Source: Nitrospirota bacterium
Lineage (GTDB): Bacteria; Nitrospirota; Thermodesulfovibrionia; UBA6902
Assembly (NCBI GenBank): GCA_016222915.1
Contig: JACRQA010000085.1
Span: 1-56,240, forward strand
Direction: 5' to 3'
DNA length: 56,240 nucleotides
Below the pieces are notes generated by a model. That model searched no databases and was not told where the DNA came from. It was given only the letters and a program-made list of their open reading frames with translations. Every line of letters starts with the position of its first letter. The first letter of the stretch is position 1. Position numbers and translations under genes: made by a program. Below, one piece after another: positions 28,434 to 38,248 of the stretch.

Positions 28434-30041
28434 ATGAAGGAACAAATCATTTCGGAAGATGTGCGAAACTCGCTGAGAAAGGCCTTTAAACAACTGGGCG
28501 GGACCGTTGCCATCGAGGTCTATACACAGACCGGCATAAACGATCTGTTCAATGACACGACGGTAAGTTTCATGAAGGCGCTGCCGGAGCTTACGGACAA
28601 AATCAAGGTCGGTTTTTTCAGTCTGAAAGACGAACAGGCAAAAAGACGCGGCGTAAAGCGGTCTCCGACAATCCTGATAGGGCCGGACAAATACAATATC
28701 CGTTACACAGGCTCGCCGGCCGGTGAAGAGGCGGCGTCATTCATACTCGCTGTTATCATGGCCTCCACCGGCAAGACTTACCTTTCCGGAGACTCGCGCA
28801 AAAGGCTGGAAAGACTGAAGGAGAAAAGGCACGTGCGCGTCTTTGTAAGCCCTACATGTCCATATTGCCCGCAGCAGGTCATATATGCCGTCTCCGCAGC
28901 AGTCGAGAAAAACGAGTTCATCTCTGTGGAGGTCATAGAGATTTATGAGAACCCCGACCTTGCGGAAAAATACGGCGCCATGTCCGTGCCTACAACCTAT
29001 ATAGGAGAAAACCTCCTGTCCGCCGGTCTCCAGCCGGAGGACCCTTTTATTGAATCCATTGTCGAGGGGAAGCCGGTTGAATTTGTAATGCCCATAGGAC
29101 GGGAGGAGATGAGGGATTACGATATAGTCGTAGTCGGCGGAGGCCCCGCCGGTCTTACGGCCGCAATATACGGAGAGAGAAGCGGATTAAAGTGCATAGT
29201 GCTGGAAAAGGCCAATGTAGGGGGACAGATATCCATAACCCCTGTCGTTGAGAACTATCCCGGCTTTGTACAGATAGCCGGTAAAACACTGGTCGATATG
29301 ATGGCAAAGCAGACACTGGAATACTCCGCGTTGCTTCAGGGTGTGGGAGTTAACGACTTGAAAAAGAAAAACGGTAAACTCGAAATAAGCACAGGCAGGG
29401 GGACTTACAATGCAAAGGCGGTCATCATCGCAACGGGCGCATACAACCGGAAGCTGAACACGCCGGGTGAGGACAAGCTTGCGGGAAGAGGCGTCAGTTA
29501 CTGCGCAACATGCGACGGGTATCTCTTTAAGGACGGTAAAAACGTCCTGGTCGTCGGAGGGGGCAACAGCGCGCTGACGGACGCCCTCTATCTGGACAGC
29601 CTCGGGGCGCATGTCACGATTGTGCACAGACGAGACGCCTTCAGGGCTGAAGAAAGGCTCCAGCAGAGCGTGTTCCAGCGGAATGTCCCTGTCGAATGGG
29701 ACAGTGTGATAGAGGAAATTACGGGTGATAAAAGGGTCGAAAAGGTATCAGTCAAAAACACGAAGACGGGAAAGAAAAAGACCCTCGCGGCACAGGGCGT
29801 TTTTATTGCAATAGGATATGAACCGAACAACGGCATCGCAAAAAAGCTGGGGCTGGAAATGGATGAAGAGGGGTACATCAAAGTAGACTCGCAAATGAGG
29901 ACCTCCATGCCCTTTGTTTACGCGGCGGGGGACATAACAGGCGGTATAAAACAGATAGTCACTGCCGTGTCCCAGGGCGCGGCAGCGGCGCTGACCGTGT
30001 TTGAAGATATTTCAAATCCCTACTGGAAAAAGTCCCTTTAG
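28434..30041 (+). CDS. AhpF-like fusion: thioredoxin-fold domains plus thioredoxin reductase
   Basis: CPYC in the N-terminal part; GGGPAG, ENYPG, CATCDG, GGGNSA, HRRD, AAGD. Confidence 0.92.
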   Translation: MKEQIISEDVRNSLRKAFKQLGGTVAIEVYTQTGINDLFNDTTVSFMKALPELTDKIKVGFFSLKDEQAKRRGVKRSPTILIGPDKYNIRYTGSPAGEEAASFILAVIMASTGKTYLSGDSRKRLERLKEKRHVRVFVSPTCPYCPQQVIYAVSAAVEKNEFISVEVIEIYENPDLAEKYGAMSVPTTYIGENLLSAGLQPEDPFIESIVEGKPVEFVMPIGREEMRDYDIVVVGGGPAGLTAAIYGERSGLKCIVLEKANVGGQISITPVVENYPGFVQIAGKTLVDMMAKQTLEYSALLQGVGVNDLKKKNGKLEISTGRGTYNAKAVIIATGAYNRKLNTPGEDKLAGRGVSYCATCDGYLFKDGKNVLVVGGGNSALTDALYLDSLGAHVTIVHRRDAFRAEERLQQSVFQRNVPVEWDSVIEEITGDKRVEKVSVKNTKTGKKKTLAAQGVFIAIGYEPNNGIAKKLGLEMDEEGYIKVDSQMRTSMPFVYAAGDITGGIKQIVTAVSQGAAAALTVFEDISNPYWKKSL

Positions 30042-30052
30042 CCGGCCAGCGA

Positions 30053-30487
30053 TCAGGAGGCCGCATTTTCCGGGGCAAGATAACCAAGATAATCCAGCTC
30101 CTCAAGCACCCATTCGTCTTCCGATATCTCCCCGCCGTCGACCTTCTGCAAGGCCCTGGCATATTCCTTGAGAAAACAATATGCCAAACGCTTCCTGGTG
30201 GTATCAAGTTTCTTTTCCATGTCAACGGTATTGTCCCTCACGGACCACCTGACGCTGAGGTTTTTGATCACGTCCGAGATCATCGATTCCTTTACCTCGG
30301 ATTGTAAAACCATTGTAAGATCATCATCAGACTCAACGACAAGCTTCATCGGCAAATGGGGCTCCCCAAGCATCTGATTATTTTCAACCGCCCACTCCAT
30401 AATGTCCGGGACATATTTGATATTGAAGATAAGATAATCAAGGCTCAGTTTTTCCAGGTCTTTTTTATATTTTTTTAATGAAACCAC
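30053..30487 (-). CDS. Hypothetical protein
   Basis: 144 aa ORF with GGAGG RBS before a GTG start; no recognised family. Confidence 0.65.
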   Translation of the reverse strand: MVSLKKYKKDLEKLSLDYLIFNIKYVPDIMEWAVENNQMLGEPHLPMKLVVESDDDLTMVLQSEVKESMISDVIKNLSVRWSVRDNTVDMEKKLDTTRKRLAYCFLKEYARALQKVDGGEISEDEWVLEELDYLGYLAPENAAS

Positions 30488-30870
30488 TTCCGTCCTCCAA
30501 TTCTTTTTCAGCCGTTATCATTAATATATTCATTTCTCAGCAACTCAATTAGCGTCACAAAATTTCTTCCTTACTCCTTCAATTGATATTGCAATCTTAA
30601 AAAACCCTTCCATCATATCATATTAAGAAGAGATGTTCCATTATAAACAGATTTTTTGATCTTGCTGTTGCCACTTGTCGATGCAACAATGCTTTGCAAC
30701 ACTTAGCTGCCATAATTGCATTATATCAAATCTTCTGCCCGCCCCCGGCAATTAATTGAATAGTGTTATTAGAAAATGGTCTCCGGCAAAATTAAAATGG
30801 ACCCATGGAGTTGCCTCCCACAGATCCATAAAAAATCAACTCAGCAGATGGTTCTGCCGAGAGTAATGAC

Positions 30871-30946
30871 TGGCTCCCGGGGAGGGATTCGAACCCCCGA
30901 CATGGTGGTTAACAGCCACCCGCTCTGCCGGCTGAGCTACCCGGGA
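30871..30946 (-). tRNA. tRNA-Asn(GTT)
   Basis: TCCCGGG TAGCTCAG...GGTGG CTGTTAA CCACC...GGTTCGAATCC...CCCGGGA GCCA; 76 nt with encoded CCA. Confidence 0.97.
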
Positions 30947-31070
30947 AACCTGATAATGATTTTATCCGTTAGGACTATCCATTATAAAGAATACCTGCCG
31001 GTAAATTCAATAGACCCGCTTCCCTGCTTTATCATTGCCATGCGCCTTATTGCAGGTTACAATAACTCAA

Positions 31071-31769
31071 ATGTTTGATGCTCAATCTGATTTCATTTGC
31101 GTTGCCCATCGGGTGGCTAGCGGGCACAAGCCGGGGAATACGATTGCGGCCATAAAGAAGGCCCTGGAGCTGGGGGCGAAGGCGATAGAGATAGATATTC
31201 ATAAAATCGGGGATGAACTGCTGGTCACGCATGACACGCTCATATGCGATCCTTTGCAAGGGACAATTGATATCACCAAATGTTCTATGGAACGGACAAG
31301 GGCCATAGACGTCGGGAAGGGATTGACAATCCCCACACTGGAGGAGGTCCTTAACGTTGTAAATGCAAGCGTCTATGTCAACCTGGAATTGAAAGGCAAG
31401 GGGACCGCAAGACCGGTATGTGATCTGATCAGTAGATATATAGAAGAGAAGGATTGGCCGGAAGACCACTTTGCCTTATCGTCATTCGATATCCGGGAAC
31501 TGGAGATTGCCCGTTCAGTACGTCCCGATATAACTCTTGGCTTATTGATCGACCGCAAGGATATCGATTTTGTCCAACTTACCGCTCGTGTCAGGGCGCG
31601 GTCCATCGGAGCGTCGCTGGGAATCACCGGACCGGAGCTGATACGTGCGGCTCATGCTAATGATTTAAAGGTATTCGTATTTACAGTCAACGGCATTGCA
31701 AATATCAAACAGCTAAAATCCATGGGCGCTGACGGGGTCTTCACAGACTTCCCTGAGCAGTGCATTTAA
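31071..31769 (+). CDS. Glycerophosphodiester phosphodiesterase family protein
   Basis: AHR, NT.AA, IEIDIH, HD, IPTLEEVL, NLELK, SSF, FTVN, GVFTDFP. Confidence 0.9.
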   Translation: MFDAQSDFICVAHRVASGHKPGNTIAAIKKALELGAKAIEIDIHKIGDELLVTHDTLICDPLQGTIDITKCSMERTRAIDVGKGLTIPTLEEVLNVVNASVYVNLELKGKGTARPVCDLISRYIEEKDWPEDHFALSSFDIRELEIARSVRPDITLGLLIDRKDIDFVQLTARVRARSIGASLGITGPELIRAAHANDLKVFVFTVNGIANIKQLKSMGADGVFTDFPEQCI

Positions 31770-31847
31770 TCCGGCTGGCTACGAGAATCGAGCTAATCCC
31801 ACTAGATATAAAATAGGCTGCACAGACCACCCATCCCAGAAATTTCC

Positions 31848-31874
31848 TTAAGTATATTTTCAATATGCCGATTA
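31848..31874 (+). promoter_or_regulatory. Sigma28 (FliA)-like promoter
   Basis: TTAAGTAT-N11-GCCGATTA versus the consensus TAAAGTTT-N11-GCCGATAA; upstream of the kinase/regulator pair and che cluster. Confidence 0.65.
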
Positions 31875-32006
31875 TTAAATAAGATTATTGACTACTATAA
31901 TCACTGTCATAATACAGGGCCGAAAGTTGAACACTTAAATTCTATCGGCCTGAGACATTAATCCGGTTGTATATAACGCAGTTTCATTATGAGATAAGAC
32001 GGCTTT

Positions 32007-33071
32007 ATGAAAATTGGTCCGGAAACAACTCACATCAGAGCGGGTTATTTTTTTCTGGTCGCTGCTCTGTTATCGGCCCTCTTCTGGCTTTTCGAATCCG
32101 CCTTACATGCGACAATGTTTCATGGAAACAGCTTGTATAATGACCATAGATTTATTGACTATGTATTCTCACCGGACAAACATGAACTCTGGATGCGGTT
32201 ACTTGTTGTTTCATCTGTCTTTTTATTATCAGCTTATGCCCATTCGTTTTACAGATCAAGAAGGGTCGAGAAAGAATTAATTAATTATCAGGCACACCTA
32301 GGGGAACTCGTTGAAGAACGCACTTCTGAACTACAGGCCTCAAATGAGCTTCTGATCGAAGAAATCAAAGACCGCCAGGCCCTGGAAAAATCTCTTATCG
32401 ACATAGAAGACCGGGAACGCCGCCTCATCGGACATGACCTGCATGACGGCCTGGGTCAGCTCCTTACCGGCCTTGCCTTTAAAATACGCGGGCTGGGCCG
32501 CAAACTGGAAATAGGCCATTTCGAGGGAGCGGAAGAGGCGGCTGAACTTTCGGTACTTATTGATGAAGCAAAAGAGCAGGCGAGTTATTTATCAAGAGGG
32601 CTTTCTCCGATTGAAATGAATGAGGAAGGCCTCATGACCGCCTTAAAGGCGCTTTCCTCTAATACAAGTAAAATGTTTAACATCCCATGCGCCTTCACCT
32701 GCGAGGGACCTGTAACGATACATAATGAGACGGCATTAACACAGCTTTATCGCATTGCACAGGAGGCAGTGACCAATGCCTTGAAATATGCGCAATGCGA
32801 TCATATCGAAATCAGTCTCAGGAAAAATCACGATAGAATTATTATGACAATAAAAGATAACGGTATCGGCATCCCGGAACATGCCGCCAGGAAAGGCGGA
32901 ATGGGGCTGAAAATCATGAACTACCGGGCCGGCCTTATCAATGCTTCGCTTGATATACGACATGATACTGACGGGGGGACAATAATCACATGCGCCCATG
33001 CCTGCGCTTCAGAAATAAACGAGTTGGTATCATATAGCGGACGGGTAACGACTTCGATAAAAACAAATTGA
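32007..33071 (+). CDS. Membrane sensor histidine kinase (HisKA_3)
   Basis: Two TM helices; IGHDLHDGLGQLL, RIAQEAVTNA, DNGIGI; transmitter paralogous to 12926..14755. Confidence 0.92.
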   Translation: MKIGPETTHIRAGYFFLVAALLSALFWLFESALHATMFHGNSLYNDHRFIDYVFSPDKHELWMRLLVVSSVFLLSAYAHSFYRSRRVEKELINYQAHLGELVEERTSELQASNELLIEEIKDRQALEKSLIDIEDRERRLIGHDLHDGLGQLLTGLAFKIRGLGRKLEIGHFEGAEEAAELSVLIDEAKEQASYLSRGLSPIEMNEEGLMTALKALSSNTSKMFNIPCAFTCEGPVTIHNETALTQLYRIAQEAVTNALKYAQCDHIEISLRKNHDRIIMTIKDNGIGIPEHAARKGGMGLKIMNYRAGLINASLDIRHDTDGGTIITCAHACASEINELVSYSGRVTTSIKTN

Positions 33072-33097
33072 ACAGTGACGGGACCGGGACCAATAAA

Positions 33098-33766
33098 ATG
33101 AAACATAAAGTGACCATAGTCGATGACCACCCCATCGTACGCCAGGGACTTGCGCAGTTAATTAACCAGGACAATGAGCTCGGGGTATGCGGCGAGGCCA
33201 GTGACATTCCTTCAGCGTTGCAGTCTGTGAAAGAGTGCCTGCCGGACATTGCGGTCGTTGATATTTCCCTTGGTCAGAGCAGCGGGCTCAGCCTGATAGA
33301 GGAGCTCTCCCGGCAATATCCCGACCTGACAATCCTCGCACTCTCCATGCATGACGAGGCACTGTATGCCGAGCGTTGTCTAAGGGCAGGGGCAAAGGGC
33401 TATATCATGAAAAAAGAACCGCCTGAAGAGGTCATAAAAGCGATAAAAGATGTACTCAATGGAGAAATATACGTCAGTGACAACCTTGGCTCCAGGCTCC
33501 TTCATAAACTTGTAGCTAATAAATCAGGGGCGCTGAGTTCGGACCTTGACGTTCTCAGTAATCGTGAGCTTGAGGTATTCCGGCTTATAGGCCAGGGAGT
33601 TAAAACAGGCAAAATCGCTGAACAGTTAAACCTGAGCATAAAGACAATCGAAACGTATATTGATCATATTAAAAAGAAGATGCACTTCAAGGATTCCAGG
33701 GATTTATTTTTGCACGCGGTCCAGTGGCGCATAAATGAAAGCGATCCGGCTGGTCCCCTCAAGTAA
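33098..33766 (+). CDS. NarL/FixJ-family response regulator (third paralog)
   Basis: IVDDHPIVRQG, DISL, LSMHDE, LSNRELEV; start 33068 or 33098. Confidence 0.94.
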   Translation: MKHKVTIVDDHPIVRQGLAQLINQDNELGVCGEASDIPSALQSVKECLPDIAVVDISLGQSSGLSLIEELSRQYPDLTILALSMHDEALYAERCLRAGAKGYIMKKEPPEEVIKAIKDVLNGEIYVSDNLGSRLLHKLVANKSGALSSDLDVLSNRELEVFRLIGQGVKTGKIAEQLNLSIKTIETYIDHIKKKMHFKDSRDLFLHAVQWRINESDPAGPLK

Positions 33767-33819
33767 TCCTTATAGCCATTCTGCAAAACCAATTCTCTAA
33801 AATATTTTCGACGTAACGC

Positions 33820-33858
33820 ATCGGGGTTTCCACTATGCCGTATAGTAATTTCTCCTAT
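33820..33858 (+). promoter_or_regulatory. Tandem 17-bp imperfect palindromes upstream of the che cluster
   Basis: ATCGGGGTTTCCACTAT and ATAGTAATTTCTCCTAT, similar to elements at 4454-4494 and 5346-5386. Confidence 0.5.
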
Positions 33859-34002
33859 TAAAAAAACATAGGTCTCCCTCTACAGAGAATTTATCAGAAT
33901 CCGACTAGAAATCTACGCAGCAGAATTTACCGGGGCAAAGGTGTGGCTGACAATAAAAATTGTCACGAACACAGCACGCTTATTGAACTGCGAGAAGATA
34001 AA

Positions 34003-35211
34003 ATGAGAAAGATATGGATGACATCTTTGAAAATAATCGCCATCATCCTCCTGCTTTCAGTCCCTTCATTCATAGATAATGACTTTATCCGGACTATTGT
34101 TAGCTTTACAGTTTCTTCAATCGTCATCGCTGTCTGTTTTATATTATTGAAAAGATACTCAAGCCTTATGGAGCGCAGCAAGGACGAGGACAGAAAGACG
34201 CATATATCAGATATTGAAACGCTGATAAAGACGATCAAATCGCCGCTGAATGAAAAGTCCCAGCTCATTCCCGTTCTCGTCAATCAGCTCCAAGAAGTGA
34301 CGCAGCAGACTGAATCAGCTGCCCTGGACATCGGAGATCGTTTCATGAGCATTGTGGAAAGGGCGAGAAAAAATACCGAAGATGCCTCTGTTGTTCTGAA
34401 ACAACTTGCCGGCGAGGGACAGGACAGCGGCCTTAATACAATTGAGATGAGCAAAAGGGCCCTCACAGACGTTGTCCAGAGCCTCCAGAACGGGATAATC
34501 TTCGCAAGCCAGACCATGGAAGAATTGAAGACAATCATTGAAGACACAGGGAACATCAAAAAAGTAGTTGATGAAATTGAGTTTATCGCCGGGCAGACAA
34601 ACCTGCTCGCGCTCAATGCGGCGATTGAGGCCGCGCGCGCCGGAGAACACGGCAGGGGGTTTGCGATTGTCGCCGAGGAGGTCAGAAAGCTCTCCGACAG
34701 GTCCAATAAGGCAGCAGAGGGAATCAGGAAGCTCGTATCAAAGATCGAGCTTGACAGCAGGGAGATATACACCCGATCAGAAGAAAATGTTACAGCAAAC
34801 ATGACCATATCAATGGAGGCCGCTACAGTAGTTGATGATACGATGCTCAAGATAGACGGTACGGTCAGCTCTATCAGGGGGCAGCTCAATTTTCTCACTG
34901 ATGAAACAGGGTCTCTTGCAAAAGATATCAGCAGCGTCGTCATCTCAATGCAGTTCCAGGACATCACCAGACAGCGGATTGAACATGTCATCGGCCCCCT
35001 TCAGGCATTTAAATCAGAGCTTGAAAATATGGCAAGAAACACAGAGAACATGGACAAAAAGCTACACGAAGCAGAAGGCAGCGGAAGCGGCAAATGGCTT
35101 GAAGGCCTGTACACAATGGAATCGGAAAGGAAGGTACTAAAAGAAACATTGTCGATAAATGATACGTCAAACAAAGGTCAGGAGTGTGAGATATGGGACG
35201 GACCATCTTAA
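34003..35211 (+). CDS. Methyl-accepting chemotaxis protein with a minimal periplasmic loop
   Basis: [36 protein letters not shown]; [13 protein letters not shown]; start 33943 or 34003. Confidence 0.92.
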   Translation: MRKIWMTSLKIIAIILLLSVPSFIDNDFIRTIVSFTVSSIVIAVCFILLKRYSSLMERSKDEDRKTHISDIETLIKTIKSPLNEKSQLIPVLVNQLQEVTQQTESAALDIGDRFMSIVERARKNTEDASVVLKQLAGEGQDSGLNTIEMSKRALTDVVQSLQNGIIFASQTMEELKTIIEDTGNIKKVVDEIEFIAGQTNLLALNAAIEAARAGEHGRGFAIVAEEVRKLSDRSNKAAEGIRKLVSKIELDSREIYTRSEENVTANMTISMEAATVVDDTMLKIDGTVSSIRGQLNFLTDETGSLAKDISSVVISMQFQDITRQRIEHVIGPLQAFKSELENMARNTENMDKKLHEAEGSGSGKWLEGLYTMESERKVLKETLSINDTSNKGQECEIWDGPS

Positions 35212-35558
35212 TCGTAGATGATTCAGCCTCCATGAGGCAGCTTGTGAGCTTTGCCTTAAAAGACGCGGGATATGATGTTATAGCCGCAGTAGACGGCAAG
35301 GACGCATTGGGTAAAGTGAATGGAACGAAAGTCGACATGGTGGTGACTGATCTTAATATGCCGAACATGGACGGCATAACCCTGATAAAAAATCTGCGTT
35401 CTGCCGCTGCAACAAGATTTACACCCGTTGTGATGCTCACAACCGAATCCCAGGACTCAAAGAAACAGGAAGGCAGGGCAGCCGGGGCAAGCGGCTGGAT
35501 AGTCAAACCCTTTACGCCTGATAAACTGATCGACGTTATAAAAAAATTTGTGAAATGA
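35193..35558 (+). CDS. cheY: Chemotaxis response regulator CheY
   Basis: Single REC domain; [26 protein letters not shown]. Confidence 0.93.
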   Translation: MGRTILIVDDSASMRQLVSFALKDAGYDVIAAVDGKDALGKVNGTKVDMVVTDLNMPNMDGITLIKNLRSAAATRFTPVVMLTTESQDSKKQEGRAAGASGWIVKPFTPDKLIDVIKKFVK

Positions 35559-35562
35559 CTGT

Positions 35563-35585
35563 GTAGGGGCATGGTCATCCTGCCC
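35563..35585 (+). repeat. Degenerate GTAG-type REP
   Basis: GTAGGGGCATGGTCATCCTGCCC. Confidence 0.55.
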
Positions 35586-35596
35586 TTTATTAATAA

Positions 35597-35673
35597 TGTC
35601 ATTCCCGCAGTCTGTTGAGCGGGAATCTAATAAACACAAGGATAGATTCCCGATTAAAACCTCGGGAATGACA
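35597..35673. repeat. GTCATTCCCG...CGGGAATGAC double-hairpin palindromic element
   Basis: TGTCATTCCCGC..GCGGGAATCT ... AGATTCCCGA..TCGGGAATGACA; nested inverted repeats. Confidence 0.75.
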
Positions 35674-35691
35674 GACAACCGGAGGACTACA

Positions 35692-36060
35692 ATGATCGAC
35701 TTCAAGGCGGAATAAGCTGGCAATAATACGACCCTTACAATCAGCGGTGAATTGACCATACAAAACGCTTCTGCCCTGCAGGGCATATTTATCAGGTCGC
35801 TGGAAAGCTCCTCTAATCTGACTATTGATCTTAAAGACGTTACAGACCTCGATCTTTCATTCCTGCAGTTGCTCTGCTCTCTCCACAGGACATCAACAGA
35901 CCTGAAGATGAATCTGACCCTCTCAGGTCCCTGTCCCGAAATATTCAGGGATGCTGTTAAGAGCGCCGGATTTTTAAGGCGCACCGGCTGCAAATTTGAC
36001 TGCAAGAAAAATTGTCTCTGGGCAGAGATGAATAAGGCCGCAGAGAAGGAGATAAACTGA
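35692..36060 (+). pseudogene. STAS-domain protein with an in-frame TAA at codon 8
   Basis: GGAGG RBS, ATG 35692, MIDFKAE-TAA(35713-35715)-AGNNTTLTISGELTIQ..., in frame with ORF 35752..36060 (DL..V..LDLSFLQLL STAS motif). Confidence 0.75.
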
Positions 36061-38174
36061 TGTCAAACGCGGAACAGCATAAGGCCGTATATATGGAAGA
36101 AGCTTCCGAACTTCTCGCAGAACTTGAAACCTCCCTGCTTGAGCTGGAAGAAAATGCCGGTGACGCGGAGCTTATCGGACGCATATTCCGGGCGCTGCAC
36201 ACGATTAAAGGTTCCGGGGCCATGTTCGGGTTTGATGATATAGCCGCGTTTACCCATGAAGTTGAGACATCTTTTGATATGGTGCGAAACGGTTTGCTTC
36301 CGGTCACTAAAAAACTTATAGACCTGACTCTCTCATCCCGCGATTACATCAAGACATTGCTGGATGAGCCTGAATCATCAGATAAGCAAAGAGCCGGGGA
36401 AATAATATACTCCCTCAAGAAATTGTCCCCGAAAACAATTATGCCCGATGACGTAAAAAACTCCCCGGCCCCCCCCTCTCCTAAAGGGAATGAATCAGAA
36501 AAAAGTGTCACTTACAGGATCAGGTTCCGCCCCCCTGTCGACATATTCATGAGGGGAATAAACCCCGTTCTTTTAATAAATGAATTATACGGCCTCGGTG
36601 AATGCAGCATTACAGCCCAGACAGACGCAATACCACAGATAGTCGATATTGATCCCGAGTCCTGCTACACATATTGGGACATTGTCCTGACAACCGACCT
36701 GGGGACCAATGCGATAAGGGACGTATTTATTTTCATTGAAGACGATAGTGAAATAAACATTACTGTCCTGAATGACAGCAGCACTTCCGAGGCAGAGGCC
36801 GGACACAAAAAGATCGGGGAGATACTTGTAGAACGTGGAGACCTGACTGAAAAGGACATCCAGAAGGCGCTTCGTAAACAAAAGCCTCTCGGTGAATTCC
36901 TTATCAACGACCGGATGGTTGATGCCGGGAAAATAGAGTCCGCTCTTGCCGAACAAAAGCATGTTAAAGAAATAAAACAGAGAGAACAGCAGAAAGAGCA
37001 GCCCGCGGATACGGCTTCAAGCATCAGGGTGGCCTCTGATAAACTCGACAGCCTCGTAAATCTCGTTGGTGAGATGGTCACGGTGCAGGCGCGCCTGAGC
37101 CAGTTGTCTTCTTTCAGGAATGACCCTGATCTCCTAGCCGTTGCAGAGGAAGTGGAGCGTCTCACCGGAGAGCTGAGAGATCAGACAATGAGCATACGCA
37201 TGCTGCCGATTGGGACGACATTCAGCAAATTCAAACGCCTTGTACGCGACCTTTCAAAAGAACTTGGCAAGCGGATTGAGCTGACAACCGAGGGCGCTGA
37301 AACAGAACTGGACAAGACAGTAATTGAGAAGTTAAACGATCCTATGGTGCACCTTATAAGAAACTGCATAGACCACGGGATTGAGACCCCTGATGTAAGA
37401 AGCGATATTGGGAAGCCTGCACAGGGGATGGTCCGTCTCTCAGCCAAACATTCGGGGGCTTATGTGTTAATCGAGATCATGGATGATGGAGCAGGGCTCG
37501 ATGCTGACGCAATACGCGCCAAGGCAGTTGAGAAGGGGATGATCTCACTCGATGCTGAACTGACAGAAAAAGAAATATATTCATTGGTCCTTGCCCCGGG
37601 GTTCTCAACGGCAAAAACGGTCACGAATGTGTCCGGCCGTGGGGTAGGAATGGATGTGGTAAAGAGGGCGATTGACAACCTTAGGGGTTCAATAGGCATA
37701 ACCAGTCAGAAAGGGATAGGTACGACGATCACATTAAAGCTGCCGCTGACACTTGCGATCATAGAGGGTCTGCTTGTGCAAATCGGGATTGAGTATTTTG
37801 TACTGCCTCTTTCAGCCGTAGAGGAGTGTGTCGAGCTTACCCGTCAGGATATTGCTAATGCGCACGGCAGGCATCTGGCGAATGTGCGGGGACAGATCGT
37901 GCCGTATATACGCCTGCGCGGGCAGTTTGTAATGGATGGGAGACCGCCCGACATAGAGCAGATTGTAATTGTCGGCATCGAAGGCCGCAGGGTCGGTTTT
38001 GTCGTGGATAATGTTGTCGGAGAACACCAGACGGTAATAAAGACACTTGGCCGTGTTTATAAAGACATTGAAGGAATATCAGGCGCGACCATTTTAGGTG
38101 ACGGGACAGTTGCGCTTATTCTTGATATACAAAAACTGGTCCAGACTGCTGAACGTGAGGAGGTGAGGGGATAG
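36060..38174 (+). CDS. cheA: Chemotaxis histidine kinase CheA
   Basis: FRALHTIKGSG Hpt, HLIRNCIDHG, DDGAG, SGRGVGMDVV, C-terminal CheW-like domain. Confidence 0.97.
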   Translation: MSNAEQHKAVYMEEASELLAELETSLLELEENAGDAELIGRIFRALHTIKGSGAMFGFDDIAAFTHEVETSFDMVRNGLLPVTKKLIDLTLSSRDYIKTLLDEPESSDKQRAGEIIYSLKKLSPKTIMPDDVKNSPAPPSPKGNESEKSVTYRIRFRPPVDIFMRGINPVLLINELYGLGECSITAQTDAIPQIVDIDPESCYTYWDIVLTTDLGTNAIRDVFIFIEDDSEINITVLNDSSTSEAEAGHKKIGEILVERGDLTEKDIQKALRKQKPLGEFLINDRMVDAGKIESALAEQKHVKEIKQREQQKEQPADTASSIRVASDKLDSLVNLVGEMVTVQARLSQLSSFRNDPDLLAVAEEVERLTGELRDQTMSIRMLPIGTTFSKFKRLVRDLSKELGKRIELTTEGAETELDKTVIEKLNDPMVHLIRNCIDHGIETPDVRSDIGKPAQGMVRLSAKHSGAYVLIEIMDDGAGLDADAIRAKAVEKGMISLDAELTEKEIYSLVLAPGFSTAKTVTNVSGRGVGMDVVKRAIDNLRGSIGITSQKGIGTTITLKLPLTLAIIEGLLVQIGIEYFVLPLSAVEECVELTRQDIANAHGRHLANVRGQIVPYIRLRGQFVMDGRPPDIEQIVIVGIEGRRVGFVVDNVVGEHQTVIKTLGRVYKDIEGISGATILGDGTVALILDIQKLVQTAEREEVRG

Positions 38175-38248
38175 CAGGGGCAATTACAGGTTTACTTATT
38201 GGTGAGAGTATCAAAACAAATTAAATGATTTTCAAGGAGGGAAACTAA

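Noticed and set aside
30490-30946. Integrated element at tRNA-Asn
   Set aside because: The flank is AT-rich, but I found no integrase and no duplicated tRNA 3' end in the window.
35713-35715. Recoded stop in the STAS gene
   Set aside because: The codon is TAA, not TGA or TAG, and is not at a catalytic position; a mutation or sequence error is more likely.
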